A stretch of DNA of 20,000 nt from contig JBNGIO010005803.1 of NCBI GenBank assembly GCA_049999805.1, positions 131,897-151,896 on the forward strand, read 5' to 3'. The position numbers and the translations under genes were made by a program. Source of the DNA: Folioceros fuciformis. Lineage: Eukaryota. The notes beneath the pieces were generated by a model. That model was not told where the DNA came from and did no database searches. It was given only the letters and a program-made list of their open reading frames with translations. Positions 1-10,360 of this stretch are shown one piece after another (within the stretch, counting starts at the first letter, position 1; each line of letters opens with the position of its first letter).

Positions 1-2633
1 AGATGGCCTGCACGACCCAGGAGGTCCACCATGCAGGTGTAGTGCTCTGCAGTGGGAGTGATGCCATGGCATCTGCTCATGGCTTGGAAGTACTCTTTCC
101 CTTTGCTAACCAGGCCAGCATGACTGCACGCTGTTAGCAGACTGAGGAATGTGATGCTGTCTGGATGTACACCATCCTCGGTCATTTTCATGACCAAGTC
201 AAACACCTCTTTGCTGTTGCCTTGCCGGGCGTATCCTGTGATGAGGGAATTCCAGGCAACGATGTCTCGTTCGGGCAAAGCATCAAAAACCAGCTGCGCA
301 TCCATCATGCTCCCGGACTTTGCGTACATGTTGATCAAGCTCATGGCTATGAGCCGATCACCTTCGAGCCCTTTTGCTTCCATCTCAGCATGAAGCTGTC
401 TTCCCGACTGCACAGCTGCGAGATGTGCATATGCCTGGAGTAGGCACGCAAATGTCACGGAGTCTGGTGCAGCCACACCTTCTTCATGCATAGCCCTGTA
501 CACGCGAAGGGCTTCTTCGCCCATGCCCTGCTGAGAATAGCCTCCCATCAAAGCGGTCCATGTCACCACATTCTTTGAAACAAGACCGTTGAACACGCCC
601 TGTGCACTCTCTAGACTGCCGCACTTGGCATACATGTTCACCAGGCTGCAAGCTACATACGCATTGTCCTGGAGCCCATGTTCTGTGATGCGGGCATGCA
701 AATGCTTCCCTTTCTCGAGAGCCTCTGCACCCACACATGCACATGCCTGCAAGAGGCACACAAATGTCACAGAGTCCGGTGCAGCAATACCTTCTTCCTG
801 CATGGCAGTGTAAAGTTGGAGGGCCTCTACACCCTTCCCCTGTTTGGCATAACCTGTTATCACGGCATTCCATGTCAACACATTCTTGTGGGCAAGTCCA
901 TCAAAGACTAGCTGCGCATCTTCTAAGCTGCCACACTTTGCATACATGTTCACCAGGCTGCAACCTACAACGACGTCCTGCCCGAGACCATGTTCTCCAA
1001 TCTGTAAATGGAGCTCCTTCCCTTTCTCCAAAGCCGGGGTACCCATACTGGCACAGGCATGCAGGAGGCACGCAAATGTAGCAGAATCCGCACATACAAC
1101 GCCTTCTTCCTCCATAGCACTGTGGAGCTGAAGGGCTTCCTCGCCCATGCCCTGTTGACAGTACCCAGCCATCATGGCATTCCATACTACCACATCTTTT
1201 TCAGGAATCCCCTCAAACACACGCTTGGCCTCCTCAAGGCTGCCACACTTCGCGTACATGTCTACCAGGCTGCAACCTACAACTATATCAGTCTGGAGCC
1301 CTTGCTCCACAATCTGGGCATGAACATGCCTTCCCTGTTCCAAAGCCTGGGTGCCCATAATTGCACACGCGTGCAGGAGGGACACAAATGTCACACGATT
1401 GGGCGTAACAATGCCTTCCTGTCGCATGGCGCTGTAAAGTTGAAGAGTTTCCTGACCTTTGCCGTGCTGGGCATATCCTGCTAGCATGGCATTCCACGTT
1501 ACCACATTCCTTTCACCGACTTCGTCAAACACACGCTGGGCATCTTCTAAGCTGCCGCACTTTGCGTACATATTCACCAGGCTGCTGCCTAGAAACATAT
1601 CAGGCCAGAGCCCATGTTCCCGAATCCTAGCATGGAGCTGCATCCCTGTCTCTAACGCCTGGGAACCCATAGTTGCACACGCCTGTAGCAAGGACAGAAA
1701 AGTAACAGGATCAGGCTCAACCATGCTTTCTTCTTGCATAGCAGTGTAGAGCTGAAGGGCTTTCTGACCCATTCCCTGCTGAGAATATCCTGCTATCAGG
1801 GCATTCCATGTCACCACATCTTTTTGAGGAAGCGCATCAAACACCCTATGTGCGTCTCCCAAACTGCCACACTTGGCATACATATCTACCAAGCAATTGG
1901 ATACAAACATCGCAGGCTTGTCCCCACTCACCAACAACAAGTCAGCATGCACCTGCTGCCCAGTTTCTAAGTCTGCTTCTCTTGCACAAGCCTGTAGGGC
2001 TGCCACAAAAACATGGCCGTCTGCCTTCACACTCGCCCTATCCATCTCATGATACAATCGAATGGCCTGCTTAGTTTGCCCATGTCTAACATGTGCAGAT
2101 ATCATGGAGGACCACATGAAGGCATTTGGTTTTCCCACCCTGAAGAACACATCCATCGCTTCTTCCAACCTGCCATGAGCAGCGTACATTCGCAGGATAT
2201 GGTTGCACAAGAACGGGTCCGACTCGTACCCCCTCTCCACTGTGAGAGCATGGACACGGCGACCTAGAACCAGATCCTTCTTAACCGCACACTTTCTGAC
2301 AACAGTGTAGAAGAGAGTCTGGGAAATGCCGCAGTCTCTCTGCACCAGAACTCCCAAAGCCTCAACAGCCTCAGACAACTGCTCCTGCGCACACAATCGG
2401 GTAACAGTTTCGGCATCCATGTGCCGTTCGTATCCTGTACACCTGCAGTGGTCAGGGCCACGCCATGGGGATGTGTGGGAACGAGGTCCCTTCTTCATAT
2501 CCACAACAGCAAGCTGCCCATCCACCCGCCCCTCGGGAGATGTCGTCCCTCCAATTTCCGTCTGGTGGATCCAGGAAAGCTGTTGCCATCGATACCGTCT
2601 GCATGCATGAAGTGAAACCACCCTGACGGCCAT
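1..2633 (-). CDS. PLS-class pentatricopeptide repeat protein (putative organellar RNA-editing factor), 3'-partial
   Basis: Manual translation from ATG at 2633 gives MAVRVVSLHACRRYRWQQ...; then L-S, six P-L-S triplets (e.g. DVVTWNALIAGYSQQG, SLVNMYAKCGSLEDA), then P2-L2-S2, ending at the window edge in ITPTAEHYTCMVDLLGRAGH. No ORF in this frame appears in the track, consistent with the frame staying open to base 1. Collinear with the 3207-6425 protein. Confidence 0.93.
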   Translation of the reverse strand, partial: MAVRVVSLHACRRYRWQQLSWIHQTEIGGTTSPEGRVDGQLAVVDMKKGPRSHTSPWRGPDHCRCTGYERHMDAETVTRLCAQEQLSEAVEALGVLVQRDCGISQTLFYTVVRKCAVKKDLVLGRRVHALTVERGYESDPFLCNHILRMYAAHGRLEEAMDVFFRVGKPNAFMWSSMISAHVRHGQTKQAIRLYHEMDRASVKADGHVFVAALQACAREADLETGQQVHADLLLVSGDKPAMFVSNCLVDMYAKCGSLGDAHRVFDALPQKDVVTWNALIAGYSQQGMGQKALQLYTAMQEESMVEPDPVTFLSLLQACATMGSQALETGMQLHARIREHGLWPDMFLGSSLVNMYAKCGSLEDAQRVFDEVGERNVVTWNAMLAGYAQHGKGQETLQLYSAMRQEGIVTPNRVTFVSLLHACAIMGTQALEQGRHVHAQIVEQGLQTDIVVGCSLVDMYAKCGSLEEAKRVFEGIPEKDVVVWNAMMAGYCQQGMGEEALQLHSAMEEEGVVCADSATFACLLHACASMGTPALEKGKELHLQIGEHGLGQDVVVGCSLVNMYAKCGSLEDAQLVFDGLAHKNVLTWNAVITGYAKQGKGVEALQLYTAMQEEGIAAPDSVTFVCLLQACACVGAEALEKGKHLHARITEHGLQDNAYVACSLVNMYAKCGSLESAQGVFNGLVSKNVVTWTALMGGYSQQGMGEEALRVYRAMHEEGVAAPDSVTFACLLQAYAHLAAVQSGRQLHAEMEAKGLEGDRLIAMSLINMYAKSGSMMDAQLVFDALPERDIVAWNSLITGYARQGNSKEVFDLVMKMTEDGVHPDSITFLSLLTACSHAGLVSKGKEYFQAMSRCHGITPTAEHYTCMVDLLGRAGH

Positions 2634-3206
2634 GATTGGCAGAGGCGCACACTGAACCCATGGACTCGGGCCTGACACGATCCAGCTGCAGCACACCAGG
2701 CCTGCAAGGTGCGAACTTGATCTCCAGTAGTCCTACTAACGATCGCTGCGGCATCGAACTTGTTAGCTGCTGGACACCCACATCAGCATTTGTGTCACGT
2801 TTCGTTGCCCATCCAGATGTCGAGCAGTCCAATCGTAGCGCTTGCACCGGAAACGGGCACAAACTGGAGTATTGTGCCTCCAATTCACGAGCTATGACGC
2901 ATGCATGTATTATGAGCTGTGGAGCATTGCAGCAGGAGGCGGTCTGACGAGTATGGTAACAAATTGAGATGCCTGCTGCAAACCTTGTTGCAGAGGTTGC
3001 AGAATCAGGAATTTTCTGCCACCCCTTATGGATCTGCAAGGTGTCGAAAGCGCTACGGGCGCAATTGCTGGCTCGCCGGAGCTGGGTTTTGGTCTCTTGG
3101 CAGGACAGTCTCGTGTGTGCCAACAAACATCCAAGTTTGTGCACGCAAGTCGAAACCATGAAGATGCCTGCTCTGTAACGTGATGTGACGGGAGGACGAT
3201 GCAGCA
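2634..3206. promoter_or_regulatory. 573-bp intergenic spacer between divergent PPR genes, probable shared/bidirectional promoter and 5' UTRs
   Basis: Positional only: it lies between the two divergent start codons. No core motif was confidently identified. Confidence 0.4.
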
Positions 3207-6200
3207 ATGATGCTGATCATGGCTGCCAGAGTCGTTTCACTTTGTTCGCAAAGAAGCAGAAGTCGACGCTGGCAACAGCCTTTCTGGATCTGGCAGAGGG
3301 AAATTGCTGGGACTGCAGGTCACGCTGGCCTGCTTTCAAGGTCTGAATTGGTAGCAGGAATGAGAGTGTCCAGGAGCTGCAGCAGTGAGGATGGACCCCG
3401 TGAGTACTTTTGGCGACAGTCTTCTTCTGAGCATATATGTTACAAGTCAGCTTGGGCAGACGCACAGCATGCTGCTTTCGAAATGCAGGTGGGTCAGCTT
3501 GCCCCTGCATTCAGCTGGACCTTGACGGATCATCCCGACCCTTGCAGATGTCCAGGATATGAAGGGATGGTGGATGGTGAAACAGTGAGCAAACTGTGTG
3601 AGCAGGGGCAAGTCTCCGAGGCTGTGGAGGCTCTGGGAGTTCTGGTGCACACAGATTGGCATATTCCACAATCTCTGTTTCATACTGTCCTGAAAACCTG
3701 TGCGGTGAACAAGCATCTGGTTCTGGGTCGCCGTGTCCATGCTCTCAGCGTGTGGAAGGGGTATGAATCGGACAGGTTCTTGTGCAACCATATGTTACGA
3801 ATGTATGCCTCTCATGGCAGGTTGCAAGAAGCGATGGATGTGTTCAACCAGATTGCAGAACCAAATGCCTACATGTGGTCCTCCATAATTTCCTCACACG
3901 TTAGACATGGGCAAGCTAAGCAGGGCATACAACTCTATAAGCAGATGCGCAAGTCGTCTGTGAAGGCAGATGGCCACGTGTTTGTGGCAGCCTTGCAGGC
4001 TTGTGCAAAGGGAGAAGACTTAAAAGCTGGTCAGCAGGTGCATACTGACGTGCTGGCCAGTGGAATTGAGCCCACTCTATTTGTTACTAATGGCTTAGTG
4101 GATATGTATGCAAAGTGTAAGAGTTTGGAAGATGCTCGCCGTGTGTTTGACGGGCTTGTCCACAAGGATGTGGTGACATGGAATGCCATGATAGCAGGAT
4201 ATTCTCAGCAAGGCATGGCTGCGGAATCCCTCCATCTTTACAGTGTTATGCAAGGAGAAGGCATTTTGACACCTAATGCCGTAACATTTGTGTGCCTTCT
4301 ACAGGCTTGTGCAGCCGTGGGAGCCCCGGCTCTGGAGAAGGGGAGGCTGCTTCATGCACAGCTTCGAGAACAGGGATTTCAGGATGATGCAGTTGTGGGC
4401 TGTAGCCTGGTTCACATGTATGCAAAGTGCGGCAGCCTTGAGGATGCTGGGAGTCTGTTCGACAGACTGTCGCAGAAAGATGTGGTGACATGGACTGCCC
4501 TCATAGCAGGGTATTCCCAGCAGGGTAGGGGAAAGGAAGCACTCCAGCTGTACAGTGAAATGCAAGACGAATGCATTGCTCCAGCCAACTGTGTTACGTT
4601 TGTGTGCCTCTTGCAGGCATGTGCATGTGTGGGTGTCCCAGCTCTGGAGAAGGGAAAGCAACTCCATGCACAGATTCGAGAACAAGGCCTTCAGGACGAT
4701 GCGTTTGTAGGTTGCGGCCTTGTAAACATGTACTCAAAGTGTGGCAGTGTCCAGGACGCTAAGATGGTGTTTGACAAACTTGGTAAAAAAGATGTAGTGA
4801 CGTGGACCGCTCTGATAGCAGGATACTCCCAGCAGGGCTTGGGTGAGGAAGCTCTTAATATCTACAGTGCTATGCAACAAGAAGGGGTCACTCCACCCAA
4901 TTCGGTAACATTTTTGTGCCTCCTACAGGCATGTGCGAACGTGGGTATCCTGGCTTTGGAGAAGGGAAGGCAGCTGCATGCTCAGATTGGGGAACAACTG
5001 TTTCAGGCTGATGTGTTCATGAGTTGCAGCCTGATGAACATGTATGCAAAGTGCGGCAGCATAGAGGATGCGCAATGCGTGTTTGACGCGCTTGTCCAGA
5101 AAGATGTCGTGACATGGACTACTCTGATAGCAGGGTATGCGCAGCACGGCATGGTTGAGGAAGCCCTCCATCTCTACATTGGTATGTGCAGGGAAGGTAT
5201 CACTCCAGTCGATTCTGTGACCTTCGTGTGCCTCCTCCAGGCATGTGCAAACGTAGGGGCTCCGGCTTTGGAAACGGGGAAGCTGATTCACACACAGGTT
5301 GGAGAACAGGGACTCCAAACTGACACGGTTGTAGGTTGCAGTCTGGTGAACATGTATGCCAAGTGCGGCAGCCTTGTGGATGCCCGGGGCGTGTTTGATG
5401 GGCTCGTTGATAAAACTGTGGTGACGTGGACGGCCATGATAGCTGGATATTCCCAGCAGGGTATGGATGAGGAAGCCCTCAATCTGTACAGAAGCATGCG
5501 AGAAGAAAGTACAATCCTCCCCAACTCTGTGACATTTGTCTGCCTCCTGCAGGCATGTGCAAGTGTAGCAGCATTGCATTCGGGAAGACAGCTTCATTCT
5601 GAGATTAAAGAAAAAGGCCTGGAAAGAGATCCCACGGTGGCCCTCAGTTTGATTACCATGTACGCAAAGTCCGGAAGCATGGTTGATGCACAGCTAGTTT
5701 TTGATAGATTGGCCGAAAGAGATGTCGTCATTTGGAGTGCGCTTATTGCAGGATATGCCCGTCAAGGAGCTAGTGAAGTAGTCTTCGACTTGGTTCACAA
5801 GATGAAGGAGGATGCCATACAACCGGATGGCGTTACATTCCTCGGTGTCCTGACAGTATGCAGTCATGCTGGTCTTGTGCACAAGGGACAGAAGTATTTT
5901 GAAACTATGAGCAGACACTTTGGCATCACTCCCTCTGCAGAGCACTACACCTGTATGGTAGATCTCCTGGGTCGAGCAGGTCATCTGTACGAGGCACTTG
6001 CAGTGATAAAAGCAATGCCTGCTCTGCCTCATGCTGCAACTTGGCACACACTGTTAGGTGCTTGTCGGAAGTGGGGCAACGTGGAGGTGGGACTCCATGC
6101 ATTCCATGAGGCAGTGAAGATAAACGAAAAGGATGCCGAAGCGTATGTGTCGATGTCAAACATATTTACCCGTGCCCAGATGTGGGAGGAGGCACAGAGG

Positions 6201-6425
6201 ATTCAGACCAGGAGGAAAGGACTTGGGGCATGGAAGCAACCAGGGCAGAGCCGGTGGACAGACATGGACGGACTGGTGCATACCTTTCTCGTCGGAGACA
6301 AAGAGCACCGCGAGACTGAAGGTATATATCTAAGGCTGAGGCAGCTCGTTTCGCAAACCAAGAGAGCAAAGTGTGCGGCTGTCTCTCCGGACAGGTGCTC
6401 AGCGGCTGTAGACTGGGAGAGCTAG
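3207..6425 (+). CDS. PLS-class PPR protein with E1/E2 and E+ (truncated DYW) C-terminus; putative organellar RNA-editing factor
   Basis: 1072-aa intronless ORF: basic N-terminal extension, L-S, six P-L-S triplets (312-bp period), P2-L2-S2 (AEHYTCMVDLLGRAGHL), E1 (AATWHTLLGACRKWG), E2 (AEAYVSMSNIF), PG box (WKQPGQSRWTDMDGLVHTFLVGDKEH). No HSE/CxxC/DYW. Alignment with the paralog suggests the true start may be ATG 3219 (MAARVVSL). Confidence 0.95.
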   Translation: MMLIMAARVVSLCSQRSRSRRWQQPFWIWQREIAGTAGHAGLLSRSELVAGMRVSRSCSSEDGPREYFWRQSSSEHICYKSAWADAQHAAFEMQVGQLAPAFSWTLTDHPDPCRCPGYEGMVDGETVSKLCEQGQVSEAVEALGVLVHTDWHIPQSLFHTVLKTCAVNKHLVLGRRVHALSVWKGYESDRFLCNHMLRMYASHGRLQEAMDVFNQIAEPNAYMWSSIISSHVRHGQAKQGIQLYKQMRKSSVKADGHVFVAALQACAKGEDLKAGQQVHTDVLASGIEPTLFVTNGLVDMYAKCKSLEDARRVFDGLVHKDVVTWNAMIAGYSQQGMAAESLHLYSVMQGEGILTPNAVTFVCLLQACAAVGAPALEKGRLLHAQLREQGFQDDAVVGCSLVHMYAKCGSLEDAGSLFDRLSQKDVVTWTALIAGYSQQGRGKEALQLYSEMQDECIAPANCVTFVCLLQACACVGVPALEKGKQLHAQIREQGLQDDAFVGCGLVNMYSKCGSVQDAKMVFDKLGKKDVVTWTALIAGYSQQGLGEEALNIYSAMQQEGVTPPNSVTFLCLLQACANVGILALEKGRQLHAQIGEQLFQADVFMSCSLMNMYAKCGSIEDAQCVFDALVQKDVVTWTTLIAGYAQHGMVEEALHLYIGMCREGITPVDSVTFVCLLQACANVGAPALETGKLIHTQVGEQGLQTDTVVGCSLVNMYAKCGSLVDARGVFDGLVDKTVVTWTAMIAGYSQQGMDEEALNLYRSMREESTILPNSVTFVCLLQACASVAALHSGRQLHSEIKEKGLERDPTVALSLITMYAKSGSMVDAQLVFDRLAERDVVIWSALIAGYARQGASEVVFDLVHKMKEDAIQPDGVTFLGVLTVCSHAGLVHKGQKYFETMSRHFGITPSAEHYTCMVDLLGRAGHLYEALAVIKAMPALPHAATWHTLLGACRKWGNVEVGLHAFHEAVKINEKDAEAYVSMSNIFTRAQMWEEAQRIQTRRKGLGAWKQPGQSRWTDMDGLVHTFLVGDKEHRETEGIYLRLRQLVSQTKRAKCAAVSPDRCSAAVDWES

Positions 6426-6880
6426 CAGATATGGCAAACTGTAGACTAACACAATGTGGAATGGCATGAACAAAGGGAGGTTACGGGCCTTCATTTGTTG
6501 CAGAATGAAGGCAATGGATTCCTACAGATTGGCTGCACGCACTACCGTTGAGGCAAACTCGAGCCCTACGGCGTACCTAGCCAAACTCGAGCTACGAACA
6601 TTGTCCAACCACACGCGGACCCGATGGCGTGCTGATTCCGAGTCACTGACTTCGAGCTCTGATGTTGTACGCGGGAAATCGCGGTCCCGCCATTATCAAC
6701 CTTCGGAAAGAGTTGGAAAATCACCTCCCTACACTGCAGGCGACTCCTTAAACTCGTCAAGTTATTGCAAGCTTGTGTGCAGTCGTGGGGTCCACCACTC
6801 TGACACCCGTAGCCGATGGAGCGATCATGCCCTCGGTGGAGTGTGGCATGCACATAGTCATTACCTCATACATCCAAAGC

Positions 6881-6991
6881 CAACTCACATATGCCAGTGT
6901 ATGCCGGGGTCGAAACAACTCACATACCCCAGTGTATGCCGGGTTGAAACAACTCACATACGCCAGTGTATGCCGGGGTCGAAACAACTCA
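6881..6991. repeat. Minisatellite, ~35-bp unit x3.2
   Basis: Units start at 6881, 6916 and 6950, with a partial unit at 6985. Consensus CAACTCACATAYGCCAGTGTATGCCGGGGTCGAAA. Confidence 0.92.
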
Positions 6992-7559
6992 TGGACGGCG
7001 TTGCCATAGTTTGCGAGGTACATTCTAACCTTATGTGGCAAACACTTCACATCCCGTTTTTAAGTAAGGGTGTTTGTTTCCTTCAATATCAAAGAGAATT
7101 TCCCTTTAGTACCAAAGAGAAGTACAAAGGGCTCATTCTGAAGCTCACGTCAAGAGCTTTCTTCTGAATCAAGAATCTAAGTATACGAGTAAACATGGAG
7201 TCAGAAAATTATATTCAAAGAACGAGTTGCTTGCTATCTTCTTTGACACATAGCAAGACATATACTGAACCATAATAGCTTTTTCTGAAGCCTATAGTAA
7301 GACCATTTTTTCTAATCCATTCTTACACCCTAAGAATCAGTATAGACGCTGGTATAGACATTCAAAGAACTCATAACAAAGGATAAGTTGGTTTTCTTCT
7401 TTCACACACAGCTCGAGATATCTTCAACAAAAACATGGTACATATGACTCATTTTGAAGCTTGAATTGAGAGTGGTTTTTTAAATCAAGGCATGGAGTTT
7501 ATGGGTAAGTATGGAGACTACAAAAACCATTCAAAGATATGATGATAGAAGCTAGTTAT

Positions 7560-9693
7560 TGACGAAGATCACACTTGATTCTCATCTCACAGGAGGATCA
7601 CAGGAGGACTGTGGATTTCTCCTTTCTCATCTTCTTCAGATGCTTCTAGCTATTTGCAAGCTCAACAATGCTCTTTTCCCGTTTCAAACTATCGCCAAGA
7701 CCAATGTCCATTTTGTTGAGCTGAACAAAATTCAAGGTTTGTGCTCCACATAATCGAACTTCTACTTATCGAAGTTGACATAACAGAATGTTGGCTTCAA
7801 CATATGCATGCTGAAGCAAAGAAGGATTTGTAGATTGTACAAGATCTTGCAGTGCTTGAATGGTATACTCCCAGTCTTTGTATGAGCATTTTTATGGCAT
7901 AGCTTGAGGGTTGTTAGAAGCTTGCACCCCTTTAACACATGATGTGTCCTCTCCTACATGACAAGGTTCGGTGTTTGTTGAAGTACTATTACGTACAAGC
8001 GTGAGAAGGAGGTCCCGAGTTGAATGCAATTGCCCTTTCAGTTTGTAATACCTTTGCTTGGTGTTTGTAGAAAAAGCCTTGCATTCCTCTAAGACAATTG
8101 CAGCATGCCCTGTCCCCTACAAGATTGTAAATTGTGTACATCAACCTTTTATCTTTGCAACTTTGCACAAGAGCTGGTTCTTGATCGTTAGTAGGAAGTG
8201 TAACATAGTCCTCAGGTATAGAAAGAGAGCCCCTCACTACATTTTCAATAATCACCTCCATTGTGCTTGAAGCCATGTTGTGTTGTAAAGTGCTTGTGCC
8301 AATACACTTTGCATACTGTATCCGTTAGTGTATGGAGCAACAAATTCATACGCCGACCTCGTAGACAAATAAAATCATGGCTCAACATGGACTTTAAGAA
8401 GCCATGCCAAGCTTCAATTGATGAATTGCAGTCCTGGCCAGCATGTGGTATGGTCCTGGAATGCCACGTAGGTAGCACCCCCTCCCACTGATTCTTGAAG
8501 TACTAAATAAACTCTAGAGCTTCTCTTTCATAATCCACATATAAGTATTGTAGCATCTTCCTAGCCTTAGCTTCTGTGTGCCAACGACGAGAAACGTACA
8601 TGATGTCACCAAACTAAAGATTGCCACTCTTGTCCTCCACTGCATAACCTTAAGCAAAAGGTGACATAGCCAACATTTTCTAACATGCCATAAACATAGC
8701 AAGATTTGCACAGCCTCCCCCCATATGGTCCGTACACCACCTATTTCATCCACAAGGAAAGCACTGGGATACCATAGTGGACTATGATGCTGCATATGCA
8801 TTTGAAATGCATACAACCACGCCTAGATATCCTCCAGTTTACCACTATCCATGATAATCCAAGCAACAGGAACTCCACTATAGTAATTATCACAAACCAA
8901 CAAGGTGTACAAGTAGAACTTGTACTTATTAGTGTCAAAAGTGGCATCAAGGGAGATCACACTATTATTTTCAAATTGAAGCACCATAGACATGTGAAAA
9001 GCTCTTTGCACCCCTAGTGTAAAGGAGCTTGAATTGGAATGGTACCATACGATGTTATTGTGAGCTTCTATCCACATCTACACACTTACCTCATTATTCG
9101 GATGATACTGGTAAAAGCCTGTGGTAATAGCTGATGCAATGTTATCAATGTCATGAGGTTGAAGGAAGTCATCACGACAAGGTTCATAACCACATGTGAG
9201 TGCTTTCAAATCCACTCTTTGAACGTTCTTCAAATAGATTTGTCTTTTAGTGACTCCTGCAAAAAGTCTGTGTTGGAGAGTCTTAACATCTTGCCTTTAC
9301 GTTTCCTTGTGGTTTGAGATGCCTGTATAGCTAGCTCGTTGCTACGAAAATCTATTCCTCCAAAGACACACCAAGTATTGGTGTGCCTAAGCCAAGACCA
9401 CATGTTTTGTCTACGTACAACGTTAGTTTCCCTTGTTTTTTTATCAGTCTCTTTCCAGAACAAGGTAGGAAATGAGTGGTTTGTACAATCTCCGTGGAGC
9501 AAGCCCTCCACTCTATTCCACCGAATGATTGCGACATTAGACCACAACGGAGTACATTTTCTTTCAGGCAACACTTGTCAACCGATAACAAAAGAAGATA
9601 ATGTCAAATCAAGGACTCTGAAAGGATTTGCGGTGGTTCTCGTACCTCCCACCCGATCGTCCGATCAAGACCAACTATTGCTTCTACACTCAT
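7560..9693 (-). pseudogene. Decayed MULE (Mutator-like) transposase with SWIM zinc finger
   Basis: Fragments in several frames lie in the right order: N-terminal AIIRWNRVEGLLHG...PTLF...WCVFGG; SLDATFDTNKYKFYLYTLLVCD..SGVPVAWII (first D); PSAFLVDE (second D); LLCLWHVRKCW (CxxH); NSSIEAWHGFLK (E); CNCLRGMQGFFYKH (SWIM, third Cys lost). Multiple stops and frameshifts. Boundaries approximate. Confidence 0.85.
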
Positions 9694-9742
9694 AACTTGA
9701 AATGTTCGACACTTGATAGATCGACGTTCAGAGTGAGTGGTG

Positions 9743-9823
9743 AAGGTACTCATGAGTTTAAGCGATTGGTGAAGGCACTCATGAGTTTGAGTGCTTGGTA
9801 AAGGCACTCGTGAGTTTGAGTGC
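9743..9823. repeat. Tandem repeat, 29-bp unit x2.8
   Basis: AAGGYACTCRTGAGTTT... units start at 9743, 9772 and 9801, just upstream of the inferred transposase start. Confidence 0.85.
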
Positions 9824-10130
9824 ATAATGTAAGTGGAATATAGAGCCTAATAATGTTCATGGCATCATGATCCATTCTAAAAACAATTATGTTGTCCGTA
9901 GGCTTAACTACATATAATGATTGGATGGATGCATGGCCGTAAAGCCACCACCAGTATGCATCCCCATATGCTGGTGCATCCCATGGAAACAGGAAACCGG
10001 AATATGAGTGGTGTGGCCCACTTATGAAAACACGCATTAATAGTTTTAGTAATCAGGTGTACTACATGGATGGTTTCATTCAGGACTTTTTTTTGTGAAC
10101 GTGGCTCTAGATGAAGATTTGACTTCTATC

Positions 10131-10251
10131 ATCCATTGTCATTTTAATGAACTATTTTTTTAGGACTGCCTAGATTTGCTACTGTTGCCCATCCATTGTT
10201 ATTTTGATCAACTATTATTTCAAGACTACTTAGATTTCCTACTCTTTGCCC
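10131..10251. repeat. Degenerate tandem duplication, 60-bp unit x2
   Basis: ATCCATTGTYATTTT...ACTATT...GACTRCYTAGATTT...TTGCCC at 10131 and 10191. Confidence 0.8.
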
Positions 10252-10360
10252 TGTACTGAGCAAGGGATTGGGTTTTTCACCGACGAGTTCGGGATGTGGA
10301 CGTGGTCGAAATGACACAACACCTTGCTATGTAGCCCTAACAGTTATAACAACACTTTGA

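Noticed and set aside
151-6369. Numerous short ORFs overlapping the PPR genes, and the 251-aa ORF 2452-3207 (-)
   Set aside because: These are antisense or alternate-frame shadows of GC-rich repetitive PPR coding sequence with no recognisable domains. The true minus-strand frame starts at 2633.
6881-6991. CRISPR-like 35-bp repeats ending in GAAAC
   Set aside because: The units are directly adjacent with no unique spacers, there are no cas genes, and the context is eukaryotic.
6454-7167. 237-aa ORF after the PPR stop as a split-off DYW domain
   Set aside because: It has no HSE, CxxC or DYW motifs and runs through the minisatellite; probably spurious.
7065-7333. Tourist-like MITE (TAA-GGGTGT...ACACCC-TAA)
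   Set aside because: The inverted match is only 6 bp, which is compatible with chance in AT-rich DNA.
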